A DNA stretch of 64,000 bases from Pirellulaceae bacterium (GTDB lineage: Bacteria; Planctomycetota; Planctomycetia; Pirellulales; Pirellulaceae). The notes beneath the pieces were generated by a model. The model was not told the DNA's origin. It saw only the letters and a program-made list of their open reading frames with translations, and searched no databases. Of this stretch, positions 59,253 to 64,000 are shown in pieces; the first letter of the stretch is position 1; each line of letters begins with the position of its first letter. The stretch spans positions 17,879-81,878 of the forward strand of contig CAWILC010000006.1 of NCBI GenBank assembly GCA_963836865.1, written 5' to 3'. The position numbers and the translations under genes are program-made.

Positions 59253-59696
59253 ATGAACCCACCCGCAATCCACATCGAACTCGTCGCCGCCCCGATCGAT
59301 TTCCCGTCGCTGCAACCGATGCTGGCCGATCCCGACACCGGTGCGCACGGTTGGTTTCTGGGCGTGACTCGTCGGACGACGGGCGATGCGATCACGCAAA
59401 CGCTGCATTACGAAGCGAACCAGCCGATGGCGATCGCGGAACTGAAACGTTTGGCAAACGAGGCGATTGATAAGTTTGGCCTGACCCGAGTCGTCATCGT
59501 CCACCGTTTGGGCGAAGTCCCGATTGAGCAGTCCAGCGTGGTCGTCGGATGCAGCAGCCCGCACCGCCCGGAGACATTCGCGGCGCTGCCCTGGATCATG
59601 AACGAACTGAAACGCGACGTCCCGATTTGGAAACGCGAAACGTACGCCGACGGATCCAAAGACTGGGTGCATCCAGAACCAGAAAAACCAGAGTAG
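59253..59696 (+). CDS. moaE: Molybdopterin synthase catalytic subunit
   Basis: FLGVTR, LHYEA, VHRLG, SPHR and LKRDVPIWKRE motifs. Confidence 0.95.
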   Translation: MNPPAIHIELVAAPIDFPSLQPMLADPDTGAHGWFLGVTRRTTGDAITQTLHYEANQPMAIAELKRLANEAIDKFGLTRVVIVHRLGEVPIEQSSVVVGCSSPHRPETFAALPWIMNELKRDVPIWKRETYADGSKDWVHPEPEKPE

Positions 59697-59762
59697 GACA
59701 ATTGTCCCAATTGTCCCCCTTTCATTTATAACCGGGGACAATTGGGACAATTGTCCTACTCT
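59690..59762. repeat. Inverted pair of family D REP-like units
   Basis: AGAGTAGGACAATTGTCCCAATTGTCCCC...GGGGACAATTGGGACAATTGTCCTACTCT. Confidence 0.8.
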
Positions 59763-59777
59763 GACTCCGCAGACATT

Positions 59778-60941
59778 ATGCCTCGCCTCTACCTCGATCA
59801 CGCCGCCACCTCGTGGCCCAAAGACGACGCCGTCCTGGACGCGATGGACCGGTTCGCACGCGACGTCGGTGCAACGTCCGGACGCGGCGGTTACGCGTCC
59901 GCATCAAAGGCCAACGCGATCGTCGCACAAACGCGTCACGCGATCGCCGGGATGATTCATGCCGAAGACGACGCTTGCATTTCGATTCATGATGGTGGAA
60001 CTTCGGCGCTCAATGCCGCCATCCACGGCGTGCTCCGCCCCGGCGATCATGTCGTCACGACCGCGGCCGAACACAACTCGGTGCTGCGTCCAATTCATCA
60101 CTGGCAAACCCATCATCATGTTCAAGTCACCATCGTGCCGACGGATGCCGACGGATCGGTGTCAGCCGACGATGTCATTGCCGCGGTCACCGACAAAACT
60201 CGATTGGTCGCGGTGACACACGCCAGCAACGTGACCGGCGCGGTTCAACCGATCGGTGAAATCGGCAACGCGATCGCCGATCATCCCGCGATCTTCCTTT
60301 GTGACGCCGCGCAAACATTTGGAGTCCTGCCGATCGACGTCGCCGCCGACCACATCGACTTGTTGGCAGCGCCTGGTCACAAGTCCAGCGGCGGTCCGTC
60401 GGGCACCGGATTCTTGTACGCCTGCAAACGAATTCACGACCAGATCACGCCATGGTGCCAGGGCGGAACGGGCAACCAGTCCGAGTCGCTGGCGATGCCG
60501 TCGTCGATGCCGTCGATGCTGGAAGCGGGCAACCTGAACGTCCCGGCGCTGGCCGGCTGGCTGGCGGCGTTACAAACGCTTGCACCGGAGACGATTGAGG
60601 CTCGGCAAACCGCGTCACGCCACATGGCGATATCGATGCACCAAAGACTGCGACGAATCGCCGGCATCAAGCTGCTGGCCCCGCCCGACCCGTCGCTGCC
60701 GATCGCCAGTTTGGTGGCGGATGACTTTGATCCCAGTGATTTGGCGTCGATCTTGGATGTCGAATTCGGGATCGAGACCCGTTCGGGCCTGCACTGTGCC
60801 GCCCTGATTCATGACTGCATCGGCAGCCAGTCGCGGGGTACACTTCGCGTCAGCGGATCGCACGCGACAACGGCCCAGGATGTCGAGGCGGTGGGATCAG
60901 CCATTGAAGAAATTGTCGCGATCGCGGATGAAAACCAATGA
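59778..60941 (+). CDS. Cysteine desulfurase-like class V PLP enzyme
   Basis: YLDHAATS, EHNSV, HASNVTG, DAAQ, PGHK and RSGLHCA motifs. Confidence 0.92.
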   Translation: MPRLYLDHAATSWPKDDAVLDAMDRFARDVGATSGRGGYASASKANAIVAQTRHAIAGMIHAEDDACISIHDGGTSALNAAIHGVLRPGDHVVTTAAEHNSVLRPIHHWQTHHHVQVTIVPTDADGSVSADDVIAAVTDKTRLVAVTHASNVTGAVQPIGEIGNAIADHPAIFLCDAAQTFGVLPIDVAADHIDLLAAPGHKSSGGPSGTGFLYACKRIHDQITPWCQGGTGNQSESLAMPSSMPSMLEAGNLNVPALAGWLAALQTLAPETIEARQTASRHMAISMHQRLRRIAGIKLLAPPDPSLPIASLVADDFDPSDLASILDVEFGIETRSGLHCAALIHDCIGSQSRGTLRVSGSHATTAQDVEAVGSAIEEIVAIADENQ

Positions 60942-61390
60942 GCGGAAGAAACAAACGTCATGCCAAGCCGAAGCGAACCGACGGCCCCTGGTACGAAGAC
61001 GGCTTGGCATTTGAATGCACCCAGTGTGGCGATTGTTGCAGCGGCGCGCCCGGTTTCGTTTGGGTCGATGGAGTCGAAATCCAAGCGATGGCCGATGAGA
61101 TGGAGTTGGACCTGGACGTATTCGAGCACCGGTTCATTCGGCAAATCGGCCCCAACAAAAGCTTGGTCGAATACCCCGACGGCGACTGCATCCTGCTGGA
61201 CCCCGACACTCGCAAGTGCATGGTCTACGCCGCCCGCCCGACGCAGTGTCGAACGTGGCCGTTTTGGGATTCAAACTTGAAACGACCGCGAGACTGGAAA
61301 GAGACCTGCGACGTCTGCCCCGGTGCCGGGAAGGGCAGGTTGTACACGCTGGACCAGATCGAAGTTCAACGCAAGAAGAAGGCGGTTTAG
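60938..61390 (+). CDS. YkgJ-family cysteine cluster protein
   Basis: FECTQCGDCC...CILL...CMVY..RPTQCRTWPFW motifs. Confidence 0.92.
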   Translation: MSGRNKRHAKPKRTDGPWYEDGLAFECTQCGDCCSGAPGFVWVDGVEIQAMADEMELDLDVFEHRFIRQIGPNKSLVEYPDGDCILLDPDTRKCMVYAARPTQCRTWPFWDSNLKRPRDWKETCDVCPGAGKGRLYTLDQIEVQRKKKAV

Positions 61391-61480
61391 ACGTTTTTGA
61401 CGAAGCCGTGTCACGACTTCGTTTTGGCTATACTGGGTTCTCGCTTTCGCGATCCGTTTCCCCGCCAAAAAGAGCTTTCG

Positions 61481-62119
61481 ATGATCCGCTTCGCCGCTGC
61501 CCTGGTCGTTCTGTCTTCCGTCGGTGTAATCCGCGCCGACGAAGTCGTCTTCACCGAGAACTTCGATTCGGGTGCTGAACGGTGGGAGTTGCTTGACCCG
61601 GCGACTTGGCGGATGACCGAGTACGACGGCAACGCGGCGATCGAAATTACCGCTCGCGAAAGCGACTACAAACCGCCGACCCGCAGCCCTGGTCACGTTG
61701 CGTTGGTGAAAGATCTGGAAGTCGGCAGCTTCGACATCACCTTCCGCGTCCGCAGCACCAAGGACACCGGCAATCACCGCGACTGCTGTGTGTTCTTTGG
61801 CTACCAAGACAACCAACATTTCTATTACGCCCACCTGGGTGCGAAGCCCGACCCGCACAGCGGTCAAATCATGATCGTCAACGAAGCCCCGCGATTGGCG
61901 ATGACGACGAACGAAAAGCTGACGCCATGGGATAACGATTGGCACGTCGTCCGGCTAACACGGGACCTTCAAAGCGGGAAGATCGAGGTCTATTTCGACG
62001 ACATGGAAACACCTCACATGTCCGTCACCGACAAGACGTTCGGCAAAGGCCGCGTCGGCATCGGCTCGTTCGACGACCTGAACGCATTCGACGATGTTGT
62101 CGTGACGTCGCAAGACTGA
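61481..62119 (+). CDS. Exported concanavalin/DUF1080-like protein
   Basis: Signal peptide, FTENFD start and GRVGIGSFDD...FDDV end. Confidence 0.75.
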   Translation: MIRFAAALVVLSSVGVIRADEVVFTENFDSGAERWELLDPATWRMTEYDGNAAIEITARESDYKPPTRSPGHVALVKDLEVGSFDITFRVRSTKDTGNHRDCCVFFGYQDNQHFYYAHLGAKPDPHSGQIMIVNEAPRLAMTTNEKLTPWDNDWHVVRLTRDLQSGKIEVYFDDMETPHMSVTDKTFGKGRVGIGSFDDLNAFDDVVVTSQD

Positions 62120-62247
62120 TCGAGTTTCACGGCGGTACGTCGGATGGGGATCGATCAGTCCCGCCAAAATCGGTGTGGCGGTGATTTGGAAGAAGTTTGT
62201 ATGACCGGGACGTTCCCCGTTCATCCATCCTGGAAGGATCCGTCGCG

Positions 62248-62931
62248 ATGTCGACCACCCCGCAAGCCGTTTCTCGTTCCAATCGACGCTGTTGGGTTCG
62301 CAAGATTGCGCTGGCGTCGATGGGCATCAGCGCGTTGGCCACGACCGGATGCATCGGCGTCGCCACGCTGATGCACGCCGCCGGCATGGACTTGGTCCCG
62401 GCGGAATACGAGGGGCTGGAAAAAACCAGCGTCGCGATCGTCACGATCACCGACAGCAGTCTTTACACCAACGATGTCGCCGCCCGAGAGCTGACCGCTC
62501 GCGTCGGTGCGGTGCTTAGCCAGAACGTGAAGGGCGTCGAATTGGTCCGCGAGGACTTGGTCGAGCAATGGCGTGACACCAACGGCCGCGACTCGCTGGA
62601 CTTTCCCGCGATCGGCAAGGGCGTCGCGGCCAAGAAAGTTTTGGTCGTCGAGGTCGCCAACCTGCAACTTCGTGACGGCCAAACCCTCTATCAAGGACGT
62701 TCGGATGTCACCATCAAGGTCGTTGACGTGGCCTCGGGGAACATCGTCTACAACAAGATGCTGGACGAATACACTTTCCCTCAGTCGACCGGACAACATA
62801 CCAGCGAAACGTCCGAAGCGCGATTTCGCAAGCTGTACCTGACCATGTTGGCCAACGAAATCGGACGCTCATTTCATCCCTACGACATGAACGACCGGAT
62901 CGCGCTAGATAGTGTGATCGTCAGTCAGTGA
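62248..62931 (+). CDS. Putative lipoprotein
   Basis: Lipobox-like ATTGC; VPAEYEGL motif. Confidence 0.75.
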   Translation: MSTTPQAVSRSNRRCWVRKIALASMGISALATTGCIGVATLMHAAGMDLVPAEYEGLEKTSVAIVTITDSSLYTNDVAARELTARVGAVLSQNVKGVELVREDLVEQWRDTNGRDSLDFPAIGKGVAAKKVLVVEVANLQLRDGQTLYQGRSDVTIKVVDVASGNIVYNKMLDEYTFPQSTGQHTSETSEARFRKLYLTMLANEIGRSFHPYDMNDRIALDSVIVSQ

Positions 62932-63007
62932 GTAGTTGTCGGTTAGCAGTCGTCAGTCGCCAGTAAGTTTTCCGCAAGCTCCACCCCTCCAAGCTCCCCG
63001 CTCCCTC

Positions 63008-63301
63008 ATGTCACGATTCTTTTTCGGAATGATCACCGGTGCCGTGTTGTTGTATGTGGCGATGCACTATCACGTCGTCCGCGGCGAAGAAGGCGTGTAC
63101 TTGGTCGCCAAGATCAGCAACAACTTGACGGACGTCTACGTCGACACCCGCGGCTATTCGCTTACCGATTGGCAAGCGCACAAACCGCTTGCCGCCGCGA
63201 TCATGAAGAGCAACCAGACGCATCTGCTGGAAGACGCATCGCTGACGAGTTTCCGTTCCAGCGTTTCCAGCTTGGTCGACGGCCTTTTCAGCGGCCAATG
63301 A
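63008..63301 (+). CDS. Small conserved hypothetical protein
   Basis: N-terminal TM helix; YHVVR...YVDTR motif. Confidence 0.75.
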   Translation: MSRFFFGMITGAVLLYVAMHYHVVRGEEGVYLVAKISNNLTDVYVDTRGYSLTDWQAHKPLAAAIMKSNQTHLLEDASLTSFRSSVSSLVDGLFSGQ

Positions 63302-63536
63302 TTCAGCGGCCAATGATCCTGCGGCCCGTGATTCAGCGGCTGGCTTGGCGGCAAACACGTCGGGTGCGGTGAGATCAACTTCTTCCTTTTGACCGGCATG
63401 ATCGCTGCGATGGTCAAACTCTAGGATCGCATCCAGTTTCCCGGATGTCGCGTCGATCCTTCTTCGTAGGCAACCTCCCTGCCTGCACCCCCTCCCCCCC
63501 AACTCTTGAAAACCTTTCTTGGAAGGTTCCGTCGCC

Positions 63537-63830
63537 ATGTCGATGTATCGCAACCGCTATTTCTTAGCCGGCATTCTGTTGATCCTTTTGGGCGTTCAGT
63601 TTCGCATGGTCGACTCGTTCGTTTTGAACGAGCCGACGACGCGAGCGCTCTCGCGAGTCACCCAAAGCACGCCCGTCGCCGACAACAGCGGCATGACCTC
63701 GTTCATGATGACGGTGCATCCCAAACCGATGAAGCGAGTCCGACCGCCGCGATGGTTGGGACTGGCCATGATTTGCGTCGGTGCGGTGATCGGATGTCAC
63801 GCATTGGTCATTCCACGGCATCACGGTTAG
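63537..63830 (+). CDS. Small membrane hypothetical protein
   Basis: Two TM helices; GVQFRMVDSFVL and PPRWLG motifs. Confidence 0.75.
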   Translation: MSMYRNRYFLAGILLILLGVQFRMVDSFVLNEPTTRALSRVTQSTPVADNSGMTSFMMTVHPKPMKRVRPPRWLGLAMICVGAVIGCHALVIPRHHG

Positions 63831-64000
63831 CGCGAGATCCGTTTCGGTCGCTCGCTTTATTCTTCCCGTTGTCGATTCCGTCTTGCCCCGCGTGAGTTAT
63901 GTTGTTGATCCCTGTCATCCTTTGGTGGGCCCACCGCCCGATGCGTTTCGCCGTCGGACGAGCAAGGACGGCGACCGGAGCAACGTTGATCGTCTTCGTG

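Noticed and set aside
63899-64000. Possible start of a plus-strand gene at the window end
   Set aside because: Only 34 codons visible; hydrophobic but too short to call.
1-64000. tRNA, rRNA, prophage, integrase/transposase or known defence systems
   Set aside because: No recognisable motifs found by eye; a tRNAscan/Infernal/HMM run would be needed to exclude them formally.

Overview
GC-rich chromosomal window whose gene repertoire indicates a planctomycete, probably Pirellulaceae (DUF1559, TIGR03067, PQQ-like propellers, sulfatase, DUF1080). Core genes include dnaE carrying a 450-aa LAGLIDADG intein, a fabZ-ACP-fabZ-like-fabF cluster, mnmA, prfB with its programmed +1 frameshift, moaD/moaE with a cysteine desulfurase, and mntR with two operator palindromes facing a DUF1559 locus. 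The accessory region (about 25.4-36.1 kb) is the most interesting part. It holds two related lower-GC cassettes built from a DUF1573-like Ig protein and an uncharacterised exported protein; the second also encodes a 10-Cys secreted protein. Around them are a third decayed paralog, a 27-bp direct repeat bracketing the first cassette, a degenerate 3 x ~230-bp tandem repeat, and an ORF-less group II intron inserted in the arm of an inverted-repeat element. A very Cys-rich secreted repeat protein missed by the ORF track runs off the 5' end. Seven single-base +1 frameshifts in six otherwise intact genes suggest a systematic sequencing artefact. No rRNA, tRNA or CRISPR array was recognised. All family assignments come from motif recognition, not database searches.
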